The notes below the pieces were generated by a model. That model was given only the letters and a program-made list of their open reading frames with translations. It was not told the DNA's origin and ran no database searches. From positions 67,442,803 through 67,506,802 of the forward strand of contig JARDVH010000132.1 of the NCBI GenBank assembly GCA_030324005.1: a DNA stretch of 64,000 nt, written 5' to 3'. Origin of the DNA: Negaprion brevirostris (lineage: Eukaryota). Numbering within the stretch: position 1 is the first letter of the stretch; every line of letters starts with the position of its first letter. A program made the translations under genes and the position numbers. Shown here in pieces: positions 39,101 through 51,814 of the stretch.

Positions 39101-42004
39101 CTTTTGTTATTGTTCAGTAAATACTTTTGGGAAACACGGAAATGATCGACTGGTCGATATTTGTTTAGAAACCCATTTAATTTGAAAGGAACGACCTCTT
39201 TTGGAGCTCGTAGAATCTGAAGATATAGTGAGCATTTGTCCTGCTATTATCTGTCCCCTGTTGTCACCGCAATCCCACTGAATTCAACATCAATGAGCAG
39301 TAAGCAATTTGAATCTTAATGAGTTTAATGATCTTCTGATTCTACACTAGTCATGACACGATTTCGCAAAATGAAGGAAAACATTTTCTTGCGAGGACAC
39401 AGGAACCCGTAAAGACGAATCTGATTTTAACTGGTTGATCTGGATATAGATTAAATGGATGCAGAGATCATTTCCCAGAGGCAATATTATTTTAAACTTG
39501 CACTGAGAATGGTCCAACCCGTTAAGGATAAAGTTGTAGACAAACCCCAGAAGTGAAAGGAAATTATTGGACTGGGGAAAGTGAGCAGATTGCCTTAAAA
39601 ACATGTAGTGGGGATTGTTTTAACAATCAGCAGATAAGATAATTAGGAACTTGAAGGAAATCTTTCCGCGCCTCAGTGATGCAATGCTTAGACAACAAAT
39701 CGGATTGAACATATACCACTTGCGTACAATCTGTTTATGAACAGATGACTATAATCTATTTGTATTGTAGAGAGAGAAATATATCAGCTGTTCAACAATA
39801 TACATAAAAAAGTTTTGAGGACAGCATCATAGCCGAAATACATTGTTGAAGTGAAGTAGCTAAACGGTACAAGCATGTATACCGTTAGTAAGCATAAGAA
39901 GGCGGTGCATTAATCCAGTTATAAGAGTACTTACCCATCTAAAAATGTTTTACATTCTGTACTGATTATTCAACTGACATCACCAGGCGTATAATTACTT
40001 TGGTTGATACTTACGCGTTAGCGGAGAGAGCAGAGTACGTTAGGATCACTTCCTCAGATGTTGTGGACATGCAGGCGTCGATGGTTTCCACGGCGATCAT
40101 GTGGAAGGAATGGTAGCTAAAATATCACATATAGATCCAGCACCAGCTCTACCATGTAACGCACTGCACCTCACATCTATTCGAATAGACATCAGGGAGG
40201 GCAGAGAGACTCCTGTCATAAAGGATATATACTGATGCATTTTGTTAACAAATAAAATGCTTATGTACATCTGTGACATTTAATCCATAATGTGAAAATT
40301 GCTGTTATTGTCAGAATGATAAGTTATCCTTCTTACCATTGCCTTTATTGCCGCTACTTTAAGATTTAAAACATATTCGCTGAAAACAAATGTTCATATA
40401 TTTGTTTCCTTAATTAAAAAAACTAAAAATTGAAAAAAAATCTTGTCTATGCTCTAACACAAATAACACTGCAATCCATATAGTGGAAAACAAAATAATT
40501 GTTTCTGTTATGAACCAAGACTGACACGTTTAAGAGCATAGCCACAAAATCTTTTTAACTATGGACTTTCCCAGTGAGCTTGTTTCTAAATATCGTTTAC
40601 TGGGAGAATTATAAACTCCAGCACGATGGCAATTGCAGCTTTACGAATGGCGGATGCTGAGCTGTTCAGAACAAATAAACAAATAAAACAAGATTAAACA
40701 CTTCTGTCCGTGGGAAGATCCACTGGCCAAAATAAGTAACTATTCCGTCTAACATTAATTAAAGTTCACTGGTAAAGCAATCATTTACAGGAAGCACGTT
40801 TCCACAGCCAAGTGGGTTAGTTATTTTAAACAATAATTTTAATAGCCGTGGGTCTGTTCGATATTTAACATGGAATGCAGCATTCGTCTAAGTTCGGTTA
40901 TTAGATGAACCATTTTGAATAAAGGGTTGCACCTCTCGGCTTTCAATGGGCGATTTAGGTTATTGACTGCATTTTTGAGGTTTGGAACGAAATTTAGCGG
41001 TCACGCACTTCAACTGATCCCATTCAGTGTCAGCGGATAATGAATTTTACTGTTCGCAAAATATCTAGAAATCCCAGGACGGAACTAACATACATTGACC
41101 TTCCACCCACCACCTCACCACCCTTCCCCCAGCTCCCCACACCCCTTAATATCGCTGCCGTGATAACAGAAGTCAAGTACATGATACACCTCAAAAGCGA
41201 TCTATTGGCAGAACCTTTGCAATCAATTGCTGTAACGTACTAATTGTGCGAAATTAATCATTTCTGACGGCTCAAACACGTTTCACGCTGCGTGTGCGGG
41301 TTTTTTTTGTGCATGGCGAGGAGGAAGCGGGGTTCTCGATTACAAATAATTCAGATAAATCTGTGCAGAAATCTGTTGAACGAATCAGTTCACACGAGCG
41401 CCGCTTGAATGTTTTTAATATGAGCAAACCCAGATTTATCACGGCATATTTCGTGACTTTAAAAGCTATTTCAGAAGTGTTGTTCCCTCTTATCACCAAA
41501 TCTGAATGTTTGTCTGGGTTCATTTTTCATTAACGTTTGCCAGATTCTTTCCCCCTCGATTCGCATTTAAACCGCGCTGCTTCCAAGAGGAATTATCAAG
41601 GGCGAAATCACGAGCTTTTGCGAAACCGGCTATTGTGTGTTATTTATCAAAATTTGTACCGAAAATACCTTCTCTCCTCTCCNNNNNNNNNNNNNNNNNN
41701 NNNNNNNNNNNNNNNNNNNNNNNNNNNNNNNNNNNNNNNNNNNNNNNNNNNNNNNNNNNNNNNNNNNNNNNNNNNNNNNNNNCTTCCCCACCCCCCCCCC
41801 CCCCCAGCCCCATACGCTAGTTATTTTAATATCAGGTCAATTCAATCAATGTATAAACAGTCCAGCATCGATCACGGTATACTTCAGTTTAAAACGAATC
41901 TGTCAGAAAATAGATTGCTGGCGCAAAAATAAATAAAGTATGTTCAAAGATAAGAGATCTGTATGAAATGATCAAATACATCCAAACAAACTTTCATTTC
42001 TCTA

Positions 42005-42320
42005 TTTACTTTATTAGCGGTCTAATTAAAGATCCCAGGAAAAGGAGATTGTGACTTTAAACATCCAAGTAATTTCTATCCTGCTTAAATCATAAGTGGA
42101 GAATGCGCAAAGCCTTATCTTTCCTCCCCTGATTAATTGACATGGAGACGCTGTAATTGTAGTAAATTATGGTGATGCCTACCCTGTTTTGTCAGTGTAA
42201 TTATCTTAGGTTTTATTTTTAGAATAGTCAACCACCTTCGAAAATAAAACGAGAATGCCTCTAAACATTCCGAGTGCTGACATTAGCAATAACATGTCCT
42301 CCGCTCTTAACTCCAGTAGT
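42005..42320. promoter_or_regulatory. Candidate MEF2/homeodomain enhancer upstream of Dlx6
   Basis: Perfect MEF2 consensus CTAAAAATAA on the minus strand (42213-42222) within non-repetitive sequence carrying several TAATT motifs. Confidence 0.65.
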
Positions 42321-43849
42321 TTTTTTTGTCACTGGGGACTCGGCTCTCAGGGAAACGGTTGGGGAAAGGCAGAATGTCAATAAAAAAAAAAAGATTGGCT
42401 GTAATGGCAATCAGCCTGTTCAAGTTTGAAGCGCCGCACAAACACACATATGTACACACGCGTGTATATTATATATGTATACATATGCATATTATGTATA
42501 TATATATAATCCACACATGTATGGGCGAGTGCATCTGAGTGACAGCAAGGGCAGCAATCATGGGGTGCAGTGGTAGAAGCTCTTTTCTTTTTCATATCAG
42601 AATGTACCGTTCGATGCCATTTATCCCTGATGATAGAAAATTGCCCTGTTGCCAGGACACTGCTGAAATAGAGGGCACAACGCCACATTTCCATTTGCAG
42701 CTTGAAAGCTATTCAAATTAATTCGCCAAACGAAGACCCTGCGGTAAACAGAGGGACGAAAGGATTGTGTTGTTTTTAGCTTCCTTCCTGTGTTGTATTC
42801 TGTTCTCAGTCTTGTACATTTGTTAATTCCTAATCAGTTGCTGTAACATGATCGACCTTGAACCGCCGTATTTATTGTGGGTTTGGAGTCTGTGCTTTTT
42901 AATGACTGCGCACTACTAAGGCAAAACTACAAATAAACTTCAGGATCATGACATTCCCTAGAACTCAATCCGAGTGCAAAGCTGTGTTTTTTTTGTTTAA
43001 ACTTTTCTAGACACGACTTTCCAGAATACATTGGGTGCCCTACTCAGCCATAATGGATTTGCGGGATTCATTTTTTTCACTATTTCATCTCAAATTCTCC
43101 ACAAAATTAAACACATTTGCGGCTGTTATATTTTCTATCTGTAAATATAAGGTAAACTGAATTCCGTTAGTCTTCTGAGGAGTATCCGTCAACATGGTCT
43201 GATAATATTACTTCTAATAATACAGCATTCCACCAGTATGTATAATTGCAATATCGGAAATTGGAAGCACTGGTTGGCAATAGAGAAAATTAATGATATA
43301 TTGTTAATGTCGGAATATACATTTCATGAAGCCCCATCTACTGGAAAGGTGCCCCCAAACCTCCGACACTATTTGGACCATAGGAAAATTTTGATGGAAT
43401 CAATTTAATTTTTCCAACAGCAAACAATTGCTAGAATTGAATTGCTTCAAAATTATTATATTATAGTCAACATGCTAGTTTTCTGAAGGAAAATCATTTG
43501 TAGACACATTCCCAACAATTCACATAAATCTGAGTCAAAATATCAGGGTGTGTAAAATGGAGCTGGCATTCTTTCCAAGCGCCCACAACACGTGATTCCA
43601 AAGTAGCTTCCAAATTATTCAAGGCTTTACACTGGTTTTTAAATAGTTATTGTCTCGCAGAGTATTTGGTGAGTTCTATTTGCAAATATTTTGGAATCGC
43701 ATATTTTCTCTGAATCTGTGACCTGTTATATTAATTAAATAATGCTTTTATGATTTTTACGGCGTCTGTCAATCCTGATGCAGCGACGAAGTGAATTCCA
43801 CTTCAGTTCATTACTTTTTGAAATATATTTCGGATTGTTTCGTAGGCAA

Positions 43850-44115
43850 GCTGACAGCTAATTTGCACACAGGATAAAAAAAGAGATGCATGGGCAATGA
43901 TCCTGTTTCGCTGATGTCGGTGGAAGGATAAGTGATAGTCAGAGACATTGGAAAACGCGCCTGTTATTCCACTAATAGTGCCTCGGAGCTTGTATTTCGA
44001 CCTGAATAGATGTTGATGCCCTAAGTTTAATGTCTCATTTCCAACAATGCAACACTCCCCAAGGTGTCAGCCCAGCTTATAAACTTAATTCCTGCATAAC
44101 CTGACTGAAGAGGAC
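43850..44115 (-). mobile_element. Degenerate DeuSINE (SacSINE1-like)
   Basis: GATGT.GG..GA.GGATAA...TAGTGCC..GGA.CTT.TA....ACCTGA...GTTTAATGTCTCAT...GCA.CACTCCC...GTGTCAGCC follows the Deu-domain order as I recall it. Confidence 0.55.
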
Positions 44116-44124
44116 TACCTCAAT

Positions 44125-44310
44125 TGATTCGGTTAGCTCAGTTGGCTGATCAGTGATGTAGAGCGTGAGTTCAATTCTCATGCTGCCTGAAGTTGTTCAT
44201 GAAGGCCTGCCTTGCCCCTTGCCTGAGGTGTGCTGCTCCTCAGTTAAAATCATCACCAGTCAGCTCTCCCCTTTCAGCCTATGGTCCTCTGGAAGGATGG
44301 TGACTTTTAT
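44125..44310 (+). mobile_element. tRNA-derived SINE (unassigned family)
   Basis: A-box-like TAGCTCAGTTGG and B-box-like GAGTTCAATTC followed by a unique body. Confidence 0.5.
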
Positions 44311-45248
44311 CTGTCACATTCACTATCTCAGCATTTGATCTGGGCTACCCCTGTGCAATATTGAGGGACTGTTAATCTCGTTAACTTCCCAAATTTCTTA
44401 AGATGAACCCTCTTCAAAAAATGAAATGTTTTAATTTGAAAGACACTTTCTTTTCTCAATTATGCCTTAGCTATTCTACCTTATCAATCATTACAAAGAC
44501 TTAAGAGCATGCATTAATAATAAGTATATGCCCCAGAGAATTTTTGCCTAATGTTCCCAACAGTCTCTTTTATGTTTTTGATAAATTATCTGCAATGGTG
44601 TTCTTCTCCTGGCCAAATGAATGATTTTTAAATGAAGTTGTTGTAACAAGAGATTACATTGGATTAAACTGATGTTTCAATATTAATTTTTTTCCAAAAA
44701 AATTAGAGGATTATGGTTCAGATGTATGAATGTTTCTGTGGGATTGATGGCAATATAAATTTCAAAATGTTGTAACGTCAGTACCAAGTGGAATACTTCT
44801 GTTGGTGACATTTAATGCCATTGAGAAATAGCCCACAGGTTTCACAGATGTCAAGTTCATCTTCATGTAGCAACACAACTCCCACACCATTTTCACTAGC
44901 ATCCACAGCCAGTTTAAACTGCTTGGCCTAATTTGGTGCAGCTAACACTAGTTTTGTTGTCAACACAGTTTTTACATGTTCAAGTGCTGTTTGCCAATTC
45001 TCTGCCCAGTAAAAGTGCTTGTTCCTCTTTAAGAGTTCTGTGAATGGTACTGCCACACTGCTAACATTTGGCACAAACTTACAATAGAATCTGTTCATTC
45101 CCAAAAACCTTTGAATATCTTTTGTTATGGGTTCTGGTAAATCCTAAATGGTCTGTGTTTCTGCATCCTTTGGGGTCATTTGACCATGTCCTATGATGTA
45201 TCCCAGATATGAAATTTGGGCTTCAGCAAATTTGCTTTTTGCTAGATT

Positions 45249-45491
45249 TTGCTAGAAAAAGAGACAGAACACATGAATAGCTTCTTCCCTGCTGCCATCA
45301 GACTTTTGAATGAACTTATCTTATATTAAATTGATCTTTCTCTACATCCTAGCTATGACTGCAACACTACATTCTGTCCTCTCCTTTCCTTCTCAATGAA
45401 TGGTATGCTTTGTCTGTATAGGGTGCAAGAAACAATACTTTTCACTCCATATTAATACATGTAACAATAATAAATCAAATCAGATTAGATT
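45249..45491 (+). mobile_element. Rex1/Babar-type LINE 3' end inserted in Gypsy RT
   Basis: AGCTTCTTCCCTGCTGCCATCAGACTTTTGAATG...ACAATAATAAATCAAATC tail. It interrupts the Gypsy RT frame LVMN|LAKSKF, and TAGATT is repeated at both junctions. Confidence 0.75.
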
Positions 45492-46122
45492 CATGACAAG
45501 ATTGATTCCTTTTAAGTGGTCAACAGTTCTTTTAATTGGTGCTGATGTTCTTCCCAATTTTGATTGAACATCACTAAATCATCAGGGTGTACTGCACAGT
45601 TATTCAGCCCTTGAATAACTTTATCTCCGAAAATATGCACCTTAATTCTTCACCCTGAATGGCATAATTTCACATTGATGAAGGCTGTTTAGTGTCATGA
45701 ATGTGGAGATCTCCTTTGCCCTCAATCAGAAGGTACTTGCCAATAGCCCTTTAGCAAGTCTATCTTTGTGATAAATTTAGACTGTCCAACTCTTTCGAGG
45801 CAATCTTCCAAATGTGGAATAGGAAGTAAATCCCTTTTGGTGACAGTATTCAATCTCTTGTAGTCCACACAAGTCTTGTGTTCCATTTAGCTTCAGCACC
45901 ATTATGATAGGTGCTAATCTAATCACTAGAACTCAATTCAGCAGTGTCATTCTGGAGAATATATTCAATTTCCAGCTGTACTGGTGATAATCTTTCTGGA
46001 TTTAACCTATATGGATATTGCTTTATCAGAACTGTGTCCTCCACATCTACATCGTGCATTGCTACATCCATTCTATCTAATTTATCTCCATAAGTCCATT
46101 CGTAGGACTGCGGTGACTCTTT

Positions 46123-46452
46123 CATAGAATCCTACAGTGCTGAAAGAGGTACTTTGGCCCATCGAGTCTGCAGTGAACACAATCCCACCCAGGCCCTACC
46201 CCCATATCCCTACACATTATACCCACTAATCCCTCTAACCTAAGCATCTCTGGACCCTAAGGGGCAATTTCTTAGCACAGCCAATCAACCTAACCCGCAC
46301 ATCTTTAGACTGTGGGAGGAAACCAGAGTACACCCATGCAGACACGAGGAGAAGTGCAAACTCCACACAGACAGTGGCCCGAGCTGGGAATTGAACCCAG
46401 GACCCTGGAGCTGTGAAGCAGCAGTGCTGACCACTGTGCTACCGTGCTGCCC
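46123..46452 (-). mobile_element. Full-length HE1-like V-SINE nested in Gypsy element
   Basis: Reverse complement reads GGGCAGCACGGTAGCACAGTGGTCAGCACTGCTGCTTCACAGC...CTGTAGGATTCTATG. Confidence 0.9.
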
Positions 46453-49400
46453 AATTTGCTCCAGTTCTTATCTGGAAGATAATTTAACAAGGCATTTAAG
46501 TTTCCCAAGACTTCCTCATTTATCCAAAAAAATTTAGGGAAGTCACTGCCCAAATTTAACCCTCTTTTCCCTGTTTCATTAGAATTTCTTCCCCATACTG
46601 TGGAGGTAACACAATTTGGCATTTCTACTCATTTGTCATCTGCACTAATATGTGGTGGTCACCATTTTCTCCTTAGTATTTAGTCCTTTACATAATTACA
46701 TTTAGAAATACACTGAGCTTCCAATGCTGAGTAAGCTCTCTGATAGATTTGTTTTAATTTGGTATTACCCTCCTCTAATTCCATTGTTTCTTTGAATTAA
46801 ATATATCAGTCTCTTTCCCATTGTCTGTTTCATCTTCATCCAGTTTGCTAAAGATCATATCAGATAACCCGATCTCACTTGACTCACCCTGTACTCTGAA
46901 TTACTTTATCATGTGAGTGCACAGCACACTGAACTGTATGAATCTCCTGTACCTGCACACCGCTGATGCTGAAGGGAGGGAAAGATGGGCCAGAAAACTC
47001 AACTAATCCTATGTTATCCAGCGCTCGCAACCTCTTCTGTCTTATCTAATGAGCCTGTGACTTCATCACTACAAAAACAGGCTGCTTTGTTTGCAATTTC
47101 TATGCACTGGACTATCTAGCGGCTGTTCAGCCACAATAACGGACCACTACTATCTGTGATCCTGCCATATCATTCCCTAGAATGGATTGAATTCCTGCAA
47201 TGGGCAATGCTTCTACCATGCCTAGAGCCACTTCTCCTGTCTTCAAGGTAATCTTTAAGCTTATTTTTACCAAAGGAATTTTTTTGTTTTGCTGTGACTT
47301 CTGCTGACCAGAACCTCTATCTTCACTATCCCTTCTGGACAACAAATATCTTTATCCCACAACATTAGGGATTGTCTCGTGTCTGTGTCTCTTAAAATTT
47401 TAACATTTTTCACTATTCTAGGCTGTCCACGTGGAAATACTTCACACACAAAATCCTAAAACACATCAGTGACCTGCTAGCCACTCTGGCTCTGCACCAT
47501 TTATACACACATTTTTATTCCTATTGTTTTCTCTTTTCTTTTATGTATAAGTTCTATCTGCCTCTCCTGTTCTTCAGTCTCTGATTTTATACTTCCCTTT
47601 CTAAGGTTTGTAACTCCAGCCGTCTTTCCATTTAACCTTCAGCATAATGACTTGGTGTGCTCCGGTTTATCACAATGGAAACATCTAACTTCCCTCATAG
47701 CTTTTATTCCCTCAGCATTACTTTTTTTTATTTTGAAGTGATGTATCCTTGGAATTTTCAATCACTCTTTCTGTTGCCTGACCATCGTTTCTTGCATCTT
47801 CCTATGTTCTATCTTTCGCAGATGTAAGTGAGTGCCAAAAGAAAGGCATTGACATATGAACTAACTCATAATCATCAGCAAGCCCCACTGTGTGTCTTGA
47901 AGTTTTAACTCCTTATTCCTCCACATGAGTTGTTATCATTGCAGGTAAAGAATCTTCAAATTCTTACAACAGAATTACTTCTTTAACAGCCACATAGGTT
48001 TCTTCTATTTTTAAAGCCTTCACTTATCTATCAAAAGTACTTTGTTTAACCCTTTCAAATTCAGTATAAGTCTGCCCAGACTATTTTCCTACATTTCAAA
48101 ACTTTTGTCTGTATACCTCCAGTTCTAACTCATAAGCACTCAATACAGCTCTCACCACTGTCTAATTTTCCACAGACCTTTCCTCTGACAAAGATACATG
48201 GACTTCACTCATACTCCCTACAAGTTTAGTCTGTAAGGGCAATATCCAAATCTCTTACGGCCATTTCATCTCTTCAGCTATTTTCTCAAAAGCGTTAAAA
48301 ATGCCTCGGTATCCCCTTCATCATATGTTGGAAGTATTCGTATAAACCTAAACTTCTCCCCACTAGGTTCATGTGTAGAACTATTTTCTTCCTCATCCAG
48401 CTCAATAATCTCTGTTTGGCAATTCGTTGCATTAAATTTGACGCTCTTTCTGCCATTGCTAACTTTATTTCCCAGTCCCCTCTCTCTTTCTTGCATCACC
48501 AACTTCTTCATTTCTATTTTTCCTTGCAATTGAATTTTAGTTGATTCAATTTCCCCACTTCTCAAAACGCTGGCTCTGTTTGACACCATTTGCAAATTTA
48601 TACGTGTTGCAATGCTTTTGATTACCATAGCTTTCTTAGCCCCCTGAAATAATCTTAATTCCAATTTATCTGCCACTTCCATCAATTTTGCTTGAAGTAC
48701 ACTTTTCAAATTTTCTAAGGTTATATTGTCTACTTTCAAATAAGTTTGGGCTACAGCAAGAGTCATCTTTGCAGTCTCCTTATTTTAAGTAACATGTTCC
48801 TACTTAGTTCCACGTGTTCCTCATTCTTGTTTTATTTAAAAAGTCACAAATCCTCTACACCAAAAGAAATTCTGCTTTTTAAAATCTCAGCCAAAAACCA
48901 ATTTTGTTAAGAACCACACTGATGTTACCTGTGAGAGTGTCTCAAAACCCTGAAGGATAACATGAAACACTGGTTCTTAATGGTGCATTTTTGTGTGGAA
49001 TAATTTGAGAAGCCACGTATATATAACAGTGAGAAACCAGTCCAGTTGTTGTGTAACAATTAGTAAAAGAAAAACACACAATAATAAAGACTAATATAAT
49101 CTATGGCACTTCAGTATATTAATAACTAAACACTCTGTTTTATCTGAAATTGTCTCTTGTTTCCACAAACTCACATTCCCTGAACTCACTGTGATACCCA
49201 TTTTCCCAAGAAACATCAAATTTAGAAAATCTATGAGTCGAATCTAGATAATACTTACTGCACAATCCAGTTTAGATGACCAAGTCTGGAAAGACATCTT
49301 TTCCTGGTTCAGCAAAGGCTTTTGTTTGACAGAAGGTTCAACAAAGGCAACTGTGTCTTTTGGAGAAGAAAATCTGCAATCTGCCATGGCTCTAAATGAT

Positions 49401-51177
49401 AGGTAGAACAGGCCTTCTGTCTGACTGTTGGATTGAAAACTAGCCTTCTTCTAACTGTGAAGGGGAAACTGGTCTTTCTCTCAATGACGGTGCTTGCAAT
49501 TAGATTGTTCAATTTCTTTGATATTTTACTCTGTGTATTGGGCTGTCTGTCCTCTCTCAAATTCATTGCTTTTAGAAGTCATTATTTGTATAAGTCCACT
49601 GATCCCTGGTAAACAATGTTTCTTATATGACAATTTACACCTCAGTTTCTCTAGATACCTGCTAATCCCATTACTGGGCAAATCACATTTTATCTTCCCT
49701 CCCGTTGCCTGTAAATCTTGTTACTTATTTGTTTACATCTCAAATTAAACTGCTAACCTCATTAACTTCCCAAATTTTGTAATACATAGATTCTAAATGG
49801 GAAATTCAGCTCAGGGTTAAGGTCCGGACTTTGACCAATCTTATTTTCTTTCCAAGCAATGACATGGCAGACTGAAATTTATTTTGAAGAAAATCAACCA
49901 AGACTTTCTTAGTACAACATTAAAAAAATTCTGGTCAGGTAAATCATAAGGTCACATATAGTTAAAGATTGCATTCAGTTCTAAAAGTGTTGGGCATTCC
50001 AAGTCTTTCATGCTAGTCACGTTTTCATAAGTAGGTTATGGATGTCATGGTTTAATGAGAACAGGCGATCAATTGTGCTGTGTTTGATTTGTGTCAATCT
50101 TTCTATTCCTCACTGTATAGTAGCTTTGACACATTAGTACTAAAGTGACCTGTTGATTAGAGTGATGCAATATGAATACCAACAAAGGTTGGTGTATATA
50201 TGAACACAGACACAGCTCTCTCACTGTTGCCATTGCTCTGAATTACTTATTCATGTGAGTGCACAGCACACTGAACTGCACTAATCTCACGTACCTGAAC
50301 GCCACTGACGCCTGACAGGAGGGGAAAATAGGCCAGAAAACGTAATTAATATTTTTAGTATTGCAGTCAAACTTATTTTTGGTTAACTAATGTTTTACTG
50401 AAGCAAATATCTTCATAAAGCATTTCATATGTACTGGTAAAATGTTTTTTTAAATAGTTCACAGTCTCTCTCCATTCTGAATACATAGTCAAATTTCACC
50501 CTTTCATTGTATATAAATAAATGGGAAGAGAACAGGATAAATGTATAATATGCTCACAAATGTATTTTTGTAGTCAGAGTTTTGATCCAAATATTGTTTT
50601 CTACCATATATTGATCAGGACCTACAGACTTAAGCATTAAAACAATCAAATTTTTAAACAACTTAGCCATTCCACTTGACTGTACAATCTGGTTTAATGC
50701 AATTGCTAACTGTTGGTAACATCCCCATAACAACAGAAAAACGGCTGACAATTTCCAGAGACAGTGAAGGAATTCCTAAAACAACTATGTGGTAAAGAAT
50801 ATTAGGAGACTAGTTACAATTTCAACAATGAACATACTTGATTAGGTATGTGTCATGTTACAACAATTATGGCTTGAAGGTACGTTCATAGATTCATTGA
50901 TTCATTGCATTCTTATTAAGACCTTGACTATCTTTGGCATACATTGGATCAATGGCTAATGGTATCTGTGCAGGCTGGTGTTTTGCATAATTAACAAGCT
51001 GTCAGCCATTTTTTAGAAATCCTCTAACCTGGAGAGGCCTACTTCACAGATGCTGGTACACAAATTGTAACTTGTTTATTAGATATCTAAGACTATTTTC
51101 TATGGAGGCTATAAACTTTGCAACATATTTCAATTTTCAATTGATAAAATCTTGATCAAACTCCACTTGAAGGATAA

Positions 51178-51380
51178 AAGCAAAACCCTGCGGTTGCTGG
51201 AATCTGAAATAAAACAGAAAATACTGGAAAATCCCAGCAGGTGTGACAGCTTCTGTTGAGAAGGAATAGAACCAATGTTCCGAGTCTGGATCCTGACTCA
51301 AAATGTTGGCTCTATTTTCACTGCACAGAAGCCGTCAGGTCTGCTGAGATTTTCCAGTATTTTCTGTTTTTGTTTCAGAT
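51178..51380. mobile_element. Fold-back (inverted repeat) Penelope-derived-like element with 11-bp TSD
   Basis: Arms ATCTGAAA.AAAACAGAAAATACTGGAAAATC.CAGCAG... and ...CTGCTGAGATTTTCCAGTATTTTCTGTTTT.GTTTCAGAT. Flanked by TTGAAGGATAA at 51167-51177 and 51380-51390. Confidence 0.75.
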
Positions 51381-51479
51381 TGAAGGATAATATGTCAAAT
51401 TCAGCTCTCCAAAGCTCTCTCCATTGTATCTACAAGTCAACTTCATCACATGACAACCCTTGACTTTGGACTTTCTTTT

Positions 51480-51810
51480 AATGCCTCCTCCTGAATCATC
51501 ATTTACAATTAGAATACCTCTATTAAATATTGTGTTCAGTTTTGGTCTCCTTCTTTAAGGAAGGGTATAACTGAATTGGAGGCAGTTCAGAGGACGTGTG
51601 CTATAATTGATAACTGGAATAAGTGGACAGATTGGTATTGTTTTCACTTGAATTTAGAAGAGTGAGGGATGTCTTGATAAGCTAGACTTGGGAAGGATGT
51701 TTTCTTTTGTGGATGAGTCCAGAACTAGGTGGTTTTGTTTTAATTTAGGATCGCCCTTTTAGGAAAGAGGTAAGGAGAATTTGTTTTCCTCTCAGAAGCT
51801 TGTGTAATTT
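51480..51810 (+). mobile_element. CR1-like LINE 3' region fragment
   Basis: TATTGTGTTCAGTTTTGGTCTCC (YCVQFWSP motif), then GAGGCAGTTCAGAGGA and TTGTTTTCACTTGAATTTAGAAGAGTGAGG. Confidence 0.7.
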
Positions 51811-51814
51811 TGTT

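Larger units (their letters stand above)
44370..49786 (-). mobile_element. Decayed Ty3/Gypsy LTR retrotransposon, Gmr1-like
   Basis: 5' LTR ~48905-49786 (TGT...AACA on minus strand), then a PBS-like TGG. Gag 48278-48766 (...ILPTYDEGDTEAF). Zn knuckle CFHCDKPEHTKSLC at ~47640-47690. Protease ILRDTD. RT IKQYPYRLNP, CVDYKRLN, KIDLLKGYWQV. RNase H LAVDASENGVG. PPT-like TTTTTTGAAGAGGG and a ~35 bp remnant of the 3' LTR at 44370-44404 matching 49752-49786. Confidence 0.88.
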
